The notes under the pieces were generated by a model. That model searched no databases. It saw nothing but the letters and a program-made list of their open reading frames with translations, and was not told the origin of the DNA. From Elainellaceae cyanobacterium (GTDB lineage Bacteria > Cyanobacteriota > Cyanobacteriia > CAZCXK01): 21,575 bases of DNA. The position numbers were made by a program, and so were the translations under genes. The first letter of the stretch is position 1, and each line of letters opens with the position of its first letter. This document shows, in pieces, positions 1-8,798 of the stretch. Location of the stretch: contig JBNPEG010000096.1 in NCBI GenBank assembly GCA_051117555.1, forward strand, positions 2,110 through 23,684. The letters run 5' to 3'.

Positions 1-82
1 GCATCTAAATTATGACGCCAGTGCTGACGGGGAGCACGAACCCTCACCACGTCAATGAGTTATAAGACGTCAACTCTTATGC

Positions 83-201
83 TGATGATGTTGACAGATT
101 AAAATCTACGACTACATTGATGATGCCTACAGATTAAAATCTACGACTACATTGATGATGCCGACAGATTAAAATCTGATGACGCCGACAGATTAAAATC
201 T
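83..201. repeat. Tandem repeat (period 35, 35, 24 bp) with palindromic core AGATT-AA-AATCT
   Basis: ACAGATTAAAATCT occurs at 94, 129, 164 and 188, each preceded by TGATGA(T/C)G. The intervening ACGACTACAT is identical between units, so it is not spacer-like. Confidence 0.9.
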
Positions 202-235
202 GCGGCTAGATAGACAAAGTCCGCTAATGCGGACT
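188..235. repeat. REP-like cyanobacterial dispersed repeat ending in hairpin AGTCCGC-TAAT-GCGGACT
   Basis: Perfect 7-bp stem at 218-224/229-235, preceded by GATTAAAATCTGCGGCTAGATAGACAA. Resembles intergenic repeats of filamentous cyanobacteria (family assignment from recall). Confidence 0.6.
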
Positions 236-394
236 ACTTATAACGGCGGGGACAGTATTTAAGCACTAATTCTTAGGTGCAGATTCTAAGGAACCCTAAA
301 TAAACTGCATTCAAATTGGCGACTTTTGAGCAATCGATACATCAGGAGTTCCAAAGATTTGTTTATGATAAGGGTTGCTCACGGTTAAATCGCT

Positions 395-2101
395 ATGTTG
401 ACTGACCCCAGTCCTGATAGTATGGCTGCCACACGACTAACTCCCGACTCTGTGATTCGCATGCCTACAGTTGATTTGAGACATCGCACTATTCGCCCCT
501 TTGGTAGCTATGCGCTACACGGTCTGTCAACAGATGGCGATCGCCTCCTGGCTTTGGATACAATTCGGGGATATCTGATTCAAATTGACATGGCAACCGA
601 TGATACGGTTATTCTCAACCCGTATCATGTGGCAGATTTTGTCGATGGAGCAGGGCTTTCAGTCTGGGAAGACACGATTTGGTTCACCAAAGGACATGAG
701 GTGCTGTGGTGTACTCGCGACAACCCATCTCCTCAACATTTTGTAACATTGCCCTACCCAGCCAATGGGGTGGCAGTATGGCAGTCAGCCGTATATGTTA
801 CCTGCCAGAAGGCGGGGTATATTTTCATTTTTGATCGGCAAACGGGACGGCGCATTACTCGCATTTCAGCCCCCGGAATTGGGGTTGAGAATCTCACGAT
901 TCAAGGGGAAGATCTGTGGGTAAGTGATACGACTGAGCAGACTGTGTATTGCATGGATCGAGCCACGGGCGAGGTTCGATTTAGCGTGCTCACACCCTAT
1001 CCGTCTCCGACAGGGATCACCTTCTGGAACGATTCACACACGCAACAGGAGATTTGCTACGTTTCGTATGCCTATGAGGAGCCTTATATTCGAGATGATC
1101 CGAATTCTGACGACCCTCACCAGTTAACGTTTCGCGATCGCACCTTCATTCATCCACTGCATTTTCACTACTATGAGGGCGATCGCTACACTCTCTCAAA
1201 CGGCTACTTGGTTGAAATGTCCTACGTCGAAGAACTGTCGCCCCTCGACGAACTATCGCTCACCAACCTAGAATGGCGCATTGCCCTGCCTGCCGAAACA
1301 CCCCGCCAAAAAATTCGGTGGGTAGAGCCGGTTGGGATGCCCTTTACAGAAGAGATTCAAAACAATCAGCGGGTTGCCTTATTCAAGTTTGACCAGCTTA
1401 AACCCAATGAAGGTAGAATCTTTGGCTGGAGAGCCTTAGTCGAAGTCCGCAGCATTAAATATTGCCTCACAACCTACGATTCAGAAAAGGCCCCCCAACT
1501 CCCTCTCGACCTCCAAGTGCGCTACCTGATCGATGATGATGATCTGGCAATGGACTCGCCTGTCATCCAGGAAGCTGCTAAAGAGGCGATCGGGACTGAA
1601 ACCAACCTGCTCCGTAAAGCCCTTAAAATTCGCAACTTCGTCTACGATCGCCTTTCTTATGGCATCAAACCCCATATCGATACTCCCGATGTTGCACTGC
1701 AGCGAGGCATTGGCTCATGTGGTGAATATGTAGGCATCTTGCTAGCCCTGTTGCGACTTAATGGCATTGCCTGTCGCACGGTCGGTCGCTACAAGTGCCC
1801 GCCCCGCCCAGAGCAGAAAGACGTTCCTCTAGAGCCAGATTTTAACCACGTCTGGATCGAATTTTATGTACCAGGAATTGGCTGGGTGCCTATGGAATCT
1901 AACGTGGACGACGTCATCGAGCGAGGTCCCTATCCTAGTCGATTTTTTATGGGACTTGCCTGGTATCACGCTGAAGTGAGCAAAGGCATTCCGTTTGAGA
2001 AAATTGCCGCACCTGATAAGCCAGAGGACGTGTCAATCGGCGACTTAGCCATCAACCACATTCGCTTCAAAATTTTAGAAGAATTGCCGCCTCCCGAGTA
2101 A
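395..2101 (+). CDS. Transglutaminase-like (TGc) domain protein with N-terminal beta-propeller-like repeats
   Basis: 568-aa ORF. Catalytic-type motifs GSCGEY, FNHVWIEFYVPGIGWVPME and a downstream acidic residue. N-terminal half has blade-like repeats (GLSVWEDTIWFT, GVAVWQSAVYVT, LTIQGEDLWVSD). Start may be ATG 422 or 461. Confidence 0.85.
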   Translation: MLTDPSPDSMAATRLTPDSVIRMPTVDLRHRTIRPFGSYALHGLSTDGDRLLALDTIRGYLIQIDMATDDTVILNPYHVADFVDGAGLSVWEDTIWFTKGHEVLWCTRDNPSPQHFVTLPYPANGVAVWQSAVYVTCQKAGYIFIFDRQTGRRITRISAPGIGVENLTIQGEDLWVSDTTEQTVYCMDRATGEVRFSVLTPYPSPTGITFWNDSHTQQEICYVSYAYEEPYIRDDPNSDDPHQLTFRDRTFIHPLHFHYYEGDRYTLSNGYLVEMSYVEELSPLDELSLTNLEWRIALPAETPRQKIRWVEPVGMPFTEEIQNNQRVALFKFDQLKPNEGRIFGWRALVEVRSIKYCLTTYDSEKAPQLPLDLQVRYLIDDDDLAMDSPVIQEAAKEAIGTETNLLRKALKIRNFVYDRLSYGIKPHIDTPDVALQRGIGSCGEYVGILLALLRLNGIACRTVGRYKCPPRPEQKDVPLEPDFNHVWIEFYVPGIGWVPMESNVDDVIERGPYPSRFFMGLAWYHAEVSKGIPFEKIAAPDKPEDVSIGDLAINHIRFKILEELPPPE

Positions 2102-2102
2102 G

Positions 2103-2214
2103 GGCAGAGGGTGGAAGGTAGAAGGCGGAAGGTAGAAGCAAGGTTCTGTACAGCCTTTCAGGCATAGCTACGCTAAAGCGCCAGCGTAACGCACTATTGG
2201 GGCAGAAGGCGGAA
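2103..2214. repeat. STRR-like heptamer array GG(C/T)(A/G)GAA interrupted by a REP-like element
   Basis: Five heptamers at 2103-2137 and two more at 2201-2214, between convergent genes. Confidence 0.7.
2146..2194 (-). repeat. 49-bp dispersed REP-like repeat containing the 27-nt module (copy 1)
   Basis: Reverse complement matches 11568-11616 at 46 of 49 positions. Confidence 0.9.
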
Positions 2215-2228
2215 ACCTAACTCCCCTT

Positions 2229-3731
2229 TCAATCCCTAAAATACAACTCTCTCAACTCCTGCAACGATACGTCATTGTCTGGAGATGGGTCTTGAAAATA
2301 GGGATGAATGGGCAGGAGATCCACTTCTTTTTTGGATTTAGGCGATGACAAAATGTCTTCGAGAAGGTTTAAATAATCGACTGCCGTGCTTTCCCAGGTG
2401 TAGTGCTTCAAGACATGTTTGCGACCGCATGCTTCTAGATGATGCCAGAGGTCAGAATCGCTAATTATATGCTCTAGCCCTTGAGCAATGTCGTTCGGGT
2501 CGTCTGGGTCAACAAGAATGCCAAACTCTTGATCACCATCACGCAAGCTTTCAATGAGTCCCCCGTTCTGAGTCACCACAACGGGCAACCCGGCTACCAT
2601 TGCCTCTAGAGGCGCAATACCAAACGGTTCATGATGCGATACAAGCGCAAATACCGAACGACGCTGAGCAAAAAAGCGATAGGCAGCTGCGAGTGCCGGC
2701 TGATCTGGAATTGAAAAGGCGCTAATTTTACCCCACAACTCGTGGTCGTTAACCAGTTCACGAATCGGCGTTAGCACTTGATCTTCTGCAATTTCATTTT
2801 GAACCTGCTCGTGAAGCGGATCGTCTTGTCCACGAGTAAACAGCACAAGATTCGCATGCTGTTGGAGGGTTTTATTCTGTGCAAATGCTCGCACTAAACC
2901 CACGACGTTTTTCTTGGGATCGAGTCGGCTTGCCGCCACGATCGCCGGTAAGTCGCGCCGATTTTCGCTGATATCCCGTGCTAAGTGACTCTGAATAAGT
3001 TGGTAAATGTCATCCTCATTTTGGGAATTGGCTTGAGCGCCAAACAGCGACGGGTCAACTCCGGGTGGAATGGTGGCAAACCGAGCATCATTGTTGACAT
3101 CTACCGCACCGTGATAGGCAGGATGCCGATACTGGTCAAAGCGTTCTTGCTCCTTAGTGTTGGTCACATTCACCGCTGAGCGATTCATACTCAGCCGTTC
3201 AGCAACTAACCGACGACCAAAGTGAAAATAGTCATCCATTTCCTTGAGGTTGTCTGGCGTGACGTCGAGCTTGTCCATTTTGAGAGCGCCAAGAGAATGG
3301 GCGGTGAAGGTGAATGGAATACCCGTTGCCTCTTCGATCAATACGCCAGATACTCCTCCATCACCGTAGTGCGTCGTCATCACGTCTGGAAAGTCGCCGT
3401 CGCCTTCATAGAATTGCAAAATATTGGGCACCCAATCGCTGATTAAGTGGGGCCATAGCAACTCTTTTCTCAAAAAGTTGATCGGTCCGGCGGGGAGGCG
3501 AATGATTCGAAGATTGGGCGCATCTGGATATGAATCAAACGGATTCGAAAATTCGGGCCAGTCTGGATCGATAATTTGACGCGTCAAAATGTCAACGGTA
3601 TGCCCGTGTTTTTCCATGGCGATCGCCACATTTTTGACATAGACCAACTGTCCACCAAAGTCAGGATGCTCAGTCCAATGGCTGTCGTTGCGATCAAAGT
3701 TGCCCTGGGGATTGAGAAATCCAATATGCAT
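2229..3731 (-). CDS. spsA: Sucrose-phosphate synthase (GT4, glycosyltransferase domain only, Halothermothrix orenii type)
   Basis: Motifs FLNPQGNFD...WTEHPDFGGQLVYVK, TTHYGDGG, TAHSLGA, ASRLDPKKN and EPFGIAPLEAM closely follow H. orenii SPS. No C-terminal HAD phosphatase domain. Confidence 0.85.
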   Translation of the reverse strand: MHIGFLNPQGNFDRNDSHWTEHPDFGGQLVYVKNVAIAMEKHGHTVDILTRQIIDPDWPEFSNPFDSYPDAPNLRIIRLPAGPINFLRKELLWPHLISDWVPNILQFYEGDGDFPDVMTTHYGDGGVSGVLIEEATGIPFTFTAHSLGALKMDKLDVTPDNLKEMDDYFHFGRRLVAERLSMNRSAVNVTNTKEQERFDQYRHPAYHGAVDVNNDARFATIPPGVDPSLFGAQANSQNEDDIYQLIQSHLARDISENRRDLPAIVAASRLDPKKNVVGLVRAFAQNKTLQQHANLVLFTRGQDDPLHEQVQNEIAEDQVLTPIRELVNDHELWGKISAFSIPDQPALAAAYRFFAQRRSVFALVSHHEPFGIAPLEAMVAGLPVVVTQNGGLIESLRDGDQEFGILVDPDDPNDIAQGLEHIISDSDLWHHLEACGRKHVLKHYTWESTAVDYLNLLEDILSSPKSKKEVDLLPIHPYFQDPSPDNDVSLQELRELYFRD

Positions 3732-3849
3732 AAGGCTGGTTTGCGATGAAGGATTCGCTCACAGAGAACCTATCTGCGTTGATCAGCATCTTGATGCAAA
3801 TTGACGAGAAATGCGTCTGCCTGGATGGAGATTTTAGAGATTCCCTCAG

Positions 3850-4671
3850 CTAGCTCGTAGAAAATCGGGTGGCTTTGTGGGGCAGTAGGGCGCGGCGGTG
3901 GGCGGCGATCGCCCCTGGGTCAAGCGTCGCACTAGGGCGGGATTCGAGTTGAAAATGATGCTGGCGATCGCACCCTCGCACCAGCATTGCGCTAATAGGG
4001 GGCCCGGCTAGCTGTTTCACCTGAGAGGACACATACCGGATGGCAAACCCGATACGAACGCGATCGGTGCGGTTTGCGCCTGACGCATGGGCAAGTTGAG
4101 CATGGTGGAGCGAGAATTCCCCCGGCTTTAATTCCACACACGTGGTCGTTGATTCGTCGATGGAGGCAGCAATGGTTTGCCCGCGCGTGAGCATATTTGA
4201 CTCAGAAACGGTTTCATCGTGAAGCAGCTTGGTCAGATGAGTTCCAGGACTAAACCGCATACAGCCATTGGCGATCGCGCTTTCAGTAATCGCCACCCAC
4301 GCCGTTACCACATCGAGTGGTTCAAGTTGCCAGTAGTTGGCATCCTGATGCCATGAAATGAAGCGGGGATCACGGGGTTGCTTGATGAATAAATCGCCAC
4401 CCAGCACCAACAGGTCAGATCCTAAAATCACCTCGACCGCATCAAGGATAGCCGGATGACGAATCAACTGGTCAAGCCAGGGAAATAGCAAATAGGCTTT
4501 TTGAGTCCACGGACAGTCAAGCTGAGACAACAGGTGTGCTGTCTGGGAGCCTTGGGTTGCCATGATGACGTCATGCCCATATGCGACCTCATCTTCAGAG
4601 AGTGCCGCAAAGGGAAATGCAAAGCCCGTCTGATGGAAATCTAAAACCCACGAATTGAGCAGCTTTGGCAT
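3850..4671 (-). CDS. Phytanoyl-CoA dioxygenase (PhyH) family Fe(II)/2-oxoglutarate dioxygenase
   Basis: HxD in WHQDANYW, VTAWVAI..NGCM..PGTH, distal His in LAHASGAN, and a 2OG-binding Arg in RIGFAIRY. Confidence 0.88.
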   Translation of the reverse strand: MPKLLNSWVLDFHQTGFAFPFAALSEDEVAYGHDVIMATQGSQTAHLLSQLDCPWTQKAYLLFPWLDQLIRHPAILDAVEVILGSDLLVLGGDLFIKQPRDPRFISWHQDANYWQLEPLDVVTAWVAITESAIANGCMRFSPGTHLTKLLHDETVSESNMLTRGQTIAASIDESTTTCVELKPGEFSLHHAQLAHASGANRTDRVRIGFAIRYVSSQVKQLAGPPISAMLVRGCDRQHHFQLESRPSATLDPGAIAAHRRALLPHKATRFSTS

Positions 4672-4717
4672 TCATGACCTGCCTAGAGAATGGGATTAAA
4701 AGATTTGCCCAAAGAAT

Positions 4718-5494
4718 CTAAAGAATTTGAGACAGGAATTTCTTCGATCGCTCCTCTTTGGGATTGTTGAAAAACTCATCCGGCTTGGCTTCTTCGACGA
4801 GTAGGCCGCTGTCCATCAGCACAACGCGATCGGCAACTTCACGGGCAAACCCAACTTCATGGGTGACACATACCATAGTCATGCCTTCACTCGCGAGCTT
4901 ACGCATGACGTCGAGTACTTCGCGCACCATCTCCGGGTCAAGCGCGGAGGTTGGTTCGTCAAAAAGCATCACCTTGGGCTGCATCGCCAATGCCCGGGCG
5001 ATCGCCACCCGCTGCTGTTGTCCTCCTGATAGCTGTCCCGGATACTTTTGAGCTTGTTCTAAAATGCCAACCCGCTCTAAAAGCTGCATCGCAACCTCCT
5101 CAGCTTTCGCTTTGGGCCATCGCCGCACCCAAATAGGAGAAAGCGTCACATTCTTAAGAACCGTTAAATGCGGAAACAGGTTGAACTGCTGAAACACCAT
5201 TCCCACTTCTCGCCGGACTGTTTCAATATCCTTTAAGTCATGGGAAATGCGAATCCCATCAATCTCAATGCTGCCCTTCTGATACGTTTCTAGCGCATTA
5301 AAGGTCCGAATGAAGGTTGATTTTCCTGACCCGGATGGACCCATGATCACCACAACTTCACCCTTATTGACCGTGAGGCTCACCCCTCGCAAGACGTGAA
5401 AGTTATTGTCATACCACTTCTCAACGTCCTTGGCGACAATAATGGGTTCAGACCCCGACTTAACTGAATTGGTATCGGTTTGAGTTTGTGTCAT
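4718..5494 (-). CDS. bgtA: Polar amino-acid ABC transporter ATP-binding subunit (AapP/BgtA type)
   Basis: Walker [23 protein letters not shown], signature [15 protein letters not shown], Walker [14 protein letters not shown]. Start placed at ATG 5494 (MTQTQ) rather than TTG 5518. Confidence 0.92.
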   Translation of the reverse strand: MTQTQTDTNSVKSGSEPIIVAKDVEKWYDNNFHVLRGVSLTVNKGEVVVIMGPSGSGKSTFIRTFNALETYQKGSIEIDGIRISHDLKDIETVRREVGMVFQQFNLFPHLTVLKNVTLSPIWVRRWPKAKAEEVAMQLLERVGILEQAQKYPGQLSGGQQQRVAIARALAMQPKVMLFDEPTSALDPEMVREVLDVMRKLASEGMTMVCVTHEVGFAREVADRVVLMDSGLLVEEAKPDEFFNNPKEERSKKFLSQIL

Positions 5495-5708
5495 CGATTC
5501 GCATCCTGTGCAGTACAACCAGAGTCGTGTTCTGGCATGAAGATAATCACGGTTTCAAATACTAATCTCTATCTTGTTTTCTACTAACTCTACTGATATA
5601 GCGATCTGGATGGCTGTAATTAACGACGGGATCAGCACTATATGGTCAATAGATTAAAACGAACCAAGGTAATAAACTGTTAAGAATTACACCTCCGACC
5701 CTTTATTT

Positions 5709-7001
5709 CTATCTTTGTCCGACGCCTAGCTGCTTCTCAATTCGGCGGCTAGCAAATGACATTGCGTAACAAAATACAAAGTAAATGACTGCCACAAACA
5801 AATACACTTCTGAATGTTTTCCTAAGAAATTTGGATTTGAGAGAATAGATTGAGAAATACCGACCAGTTCTGCCAACCCTACAATATAGAGTAGGGAAGT
5901 GTCTTTAAAGAGGCTAATAAATTGCCCCACAATCGTTGGAATGACGGCTCTCAACGCTTGGGGCAACACAATTAGAAGCGTTAGTAGGGCACCATTCAAC
6001 CCCAATGCTTTGGCTGCTTCAATCTGCCCTCTCGGAATAGACTGAAGCCCTCCGCGCACATTTTCTGCCAGGTATGCTGAGCTAAAGATCGTCAAGCCCG
6101 CCATCGCTCGAAACAGGGTTGGTATATTCAACCCGACGGGTAACACGAGCGGCAGCATCACCTGCGCCATAAACAAGATACCAATTAGAGGGAGCCCTCG
6201 AATCACTTCGATGTAGGCAACCGATACGCTTCTCACAACTGGTAGGGGGCTTTGTCGACCCAGCGCAAGTAATACCCCAATTGGAAATGACAACACAATG
6301 CTCACGATGGCGGTGAGCAAAGTCAACAGTAGCCCAGTCTGCCCTAACCGAGATAATTCAACCTCTTGAAGAAACAGCCCCCCTTCTAAAAGCCAAAAAA
6401 TCACAAAGAAAGAAATAAACCAAGCCAGTGGCAACCATGATCCAACATTCGGAGCTTTGATACCAGCAGCGCGCCCAATCAATCCGCTGATAACCAACAG
6501 CACCAGCATTCCCCAGAGTTGGGGGACGGCGGTCAATCCAGAGAGTAAATAAAGCCCCACACAGGAGCCTGAGGCGTCGCAAGCTTCACGGACGGCATTG
6601 CCTCCCGCAATGATAGACAATCCGTAGCAAATGATGGCAAACGCTCCGAGTAGCGCTATGCTCACGGTGCTAAAGAGGCGATCGCCCCGCGATAAAATTC
6701 CCCAGCTCAGTCCTGCTAATACCACCACCACTGAGAACGTCATCCAAGCTCTCCAAATCAGCTCAGCCGGATAACGTCCTACAAAGAACAGTTGAATATT
6801 TGACGATAAAACTTGCCATTCGGCAGCAGTAAATGCCCACGTCAGTAAATTGGAGATAATCGAGTAGATTACCAACGCGGAAACAATCGTCAAGATGCTG
6901 TTAAATACCCCATTGAAGAGGTTTTTCCTCAGCCAAGCGATTGGGCCAACTTGAGTAATCGGAGGGGCTGAAAAATTAGGATCTGGAGTTGCAGTGGTCA
7001 T
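5709..7001 (-). CDS. natH: Amino-acid ABC transporter permease (AapM/NatH type)
   Basis: Multiple TM segments. Motifs WLRKNLF, YIEVIRGLPLI, the EAA loop AYLAENVRGGLQSIPRGQIEAAKALGL, and FKDTSL. Confidence 0.9.
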   Translation of the reverse strand: MTTATPDPNFSAPPITQVGPIAWLRKNLFNGVFNSILTIVSALVIYSIISNLLTWAFTAAEWQVLSSNIQLFFVGRYPAELIWRAWMTFSVVVVLAGLSWGILSRGDRLFSTVSIALLGAFAIICYGLSIIAGGNAVREACDASGSCVGLYLLSGLTAVPQLWGMLVLLVISGLIGRAAGIKAPNVGSWLPLAWFISFFVIFWLLEGGLFLQEVELSRLGQTGLLLTLLTAIVSIVLSFPIGVLLALGRQSPLPVVRSVSVAYIEVIRGLPLIGILFMAQVMLPLVLPVGLNIPTLFRAMAGLTIFSSAYLAENVRGGLQSIPRGQIEAAKALGLNGALLTLLIVLPQALRAVIPTIVGQFISLFKDTSLLYIVGLAELVGISQSILSNPNFLGKHSEVYLFVAVIYFVFCYAMSFASRRIEKQLGVGQR

Positions 7002-7151
7002 CGCTTCTTATCACGATTCAATGGGGTGAGTTCAGGAGTCGCATACATTAATCAGGATGTATGCAACGAGTAATGTGATCCGCTCAATGCAGGGGCACAC
7101 CCTTGCGGCGTGCAACCCGTGCTATGACGTTACCGAGATGGGGTGTATTAA

Positions 7152-7399
7152 TTGGAGTTTAGACTAAATCTATTCAAATTTGAGTACTGATCCGACGATT
7201 CCTCGTCATTTAGGGCTTCACTGAGAGAAGTTTTCGTATTTATTAAGGAGTTCGAGTCATTGCATCTGTCCACCAAAAAACCTAATAAATACGAAATGAT
7301 GACTAGAGAGTCCTGTGTCGAAAGCTGTATAGCTTGAAATTTAACGCTTTTGGCATTGTACTCCTTGGTAGAGATGCTTCAACTTAGTCTAAACTCCAG
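7152..7399. mobile_element. 248-bp MITE with 15-bp perfect TIR and 7-bp target-site duplication
   Basis: TGGAGTTTAGACTAA at 7153-7167 and TTAGTCTAAACTCCA at 7384-7398. GTATTAA flanks both sides (7145-7151, 7400-7406). No transposase ORF. Confidence 0.88.
7232..7296. repeat. Innermost 14-bp perfect inverted repeat (possible third nested element)
   Basis: TTTCGTATTTATTA at 7232-7245 and TAATAAATACGAAA at 7283-7296. No clear TSD. Confidence 0.65.
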
Positions 7400-7480
7400 G
7401 TATTAAGTCAAAAAATGCATACGTCCTGGTAATGTTCGGCTATAGCAATTCGCAGTCGCGTCAAGTAAGACATAGTAGGC

Positions 7481-8659
7481 TTACCTCTCTTTGAGCTGTA
7501 CTGATTTATTGAATACATTCATGCCCAACGAAATAATTAAGTTAATCGTTAAGTACGTGGCCATCACCACCAACAGCATTTGAATGGATGCTCCAGTTTG
7601 ATTGGCAGTTGTATTCGCAACGCTGTAGACATCGCTGTAGCCGATTGCGGTCGCCAGACTAGAATTTTTCGCCAGATTGAGAAATTCGCTTGTCAACGGC
7701 GGAATCATCACTCGCAAGGCTTGAGGAAAAATGATCAGCTGCATCACTAAATTAGGGCGCAGCCCGAGCGCTTTAGCAGCCTCCCACTGCCCCTTTGATA
7801 CCGATTGAATTCCTGCCCGCACTACTTCTGCAATAAATGCAGCGGTATAAAGCGTCAAGCCGAAGAGAAGTGCCCCAAATTCGGGAGAAAGATTTAAGCC
7901 ACCTTGAATCTGGGTACGTTCGTTGACGGTTGTCAGTTCGGGCTGTTGCCAATCGAAGCCGAAGACAATGGCGAGAATAGCTGCGATCGCCAACCCAATC
8001 AGCACCCATTGAAACAGCGTCCCTGAAGCCTCTTGCTGCACAATCAACGCCGTCCGCCGTCGCCAAACAATCACAGCGGCGATCGCACTCGCGATTAAAA
8101 ACAGCGCAGTCAACACCGTCTGCGAATTGATGGCAGGCCACGGCAGCGCTAGTCCTTGATTCGTCAAAAAAATCGGCCCCGGCAGTTGTAGGCGATTTTC
8201 GATTCGGGGCAGTTTTAGAAAAAGCGCAAAATACCAGAAGAAAAGCTGCAATAGGAGCGGGGTATTGCGAAAAACCTCGACATAAACCGTCGAAATTTGA
8301 CGAACCAGCCAGTTGTCAGATAGGCGGGCAATTCCAGCAATAATCCCGATAATGGTGGCCAAGATAATGCCAACAATCATCACCCGCAACGAGTTGAGTA
8401 AGCCAACCAAAATGGCGCGCCCAAACGTATTGGTAGGGCTGTACGGGATTGGAGTATCGCCAATACCAAAGGAGGCTGGGCGATCCTGATCGATTAGAAA
8501 TTCGAAGCCAAATGATAGATTTCTAGACTGGTAGTTTTGAACCAGATTGTTGGCGAGCCAAGAGATGAGAGCTGCCAGAATAACGACAACTGCAACTTGT
8601 CCGATAATTTTTAAGACGCGCTCATCACGCCATAGCGGAATCCGCTCTTCGTTAGACAT
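7481..8659 (-). CDS. natG: Amino-acid ABC transporter permease (AapQ/NatG type)
   Basis: Motifs PLWRDER, GLLNSLRV, YVEVFRNTPLLLQL, the EAA loop AFIAEVVRAGIQSVSKGQWEAAKALGL, and LAKNSSLA. Start placed at ATG 8659 (MSNEE). Confidence 0.9.
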   Translation of the reverse strand: MSNEERIPLWRDERVLKIIGQVAVVVILAALISWLANNLVQNYQSRNLSFGFEFLIDQDRPASFGIGDTPIPYSPTNTFGRAILVGLLNSLRVMIVGIILATIIGIIAGIARLSDNWLVRQISTVYVEVFRNTPLLLQLFFWYFALFLKLPRIENRLQLPGPIFLTNQGLALPWPAINSQTVLTALFLIASAIAAVIVWRRRTALIVQQEASGTLFQWVLIGLAIAAILAIVFGFDWQQPELTTVNERTQIQGGLNLSPEFGALLFGLTLYTAAFIAEVVRAGIQSVSKGQWEAAKALGLRPNLVMQLIIFPQALRVMIPPLTSEFLNLAKNSSLATAIGYSDVYSVANTTANQTGASIQMLLVVMATYLTINLIISLGMNVFNKSVQLKER

Positions 8660-8683
8660 TCGCCTCAATCCAGTTAATTCAGG

Positions 8684-8718
8684 TGCGTTGACGCTGATTC
8701 AAACAAAACGTCAACGCA
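8684..8718. terminator. Intercistronic stem-loop between the binding-protein gene and the permease (partial terminator or mRNA stabiliser)
   Basis: Perfect 10-bp inverted repeat TGCGTTGACG (8684-8693) / CGTCAACGCA (8709-8718). Function inferred from position. Confidence 0.55.
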
Positions 8719-8798
8719 ATAGTTGCATACCGTCGTATTCATTCCGTTATGGGTTATCCATCGGAGGAACGGATATCCGCCCCTCCCCCTTATCTGAC

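Larger units (their letters stand above)
7053..7428. mobile_element. Outer MITE with IS701-like terminal inverted repeats CAGGA(T/C)GTATGCA (~121 bp once the inner insertion is removed)
   Basis: CAGGATGTATGCA at 7053-7065 and TGCATACGTCCTG at 7416-7428 (12/13 inverted match). Flanks TTAAT / GTAAT form an imperfect 5-bp duplication. Confidence 0.7.

Noticed and set aside
83..201. Possible CRISPR array
   Set aside because: Intervening sequences are identical and only ~11 nt or absent, and no cas genes are in view. It is a tandem repeat.
3850..4671. Ectoine hydroxylase ectD
   Set aside because: The EctD signature is absent and no ectABC genes are nearby.
5597..5642. Degenerate TATAG...CTATA MITE-like element between natH and bgtA
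   Set aside because: The inverted match is too short and gapped to support.
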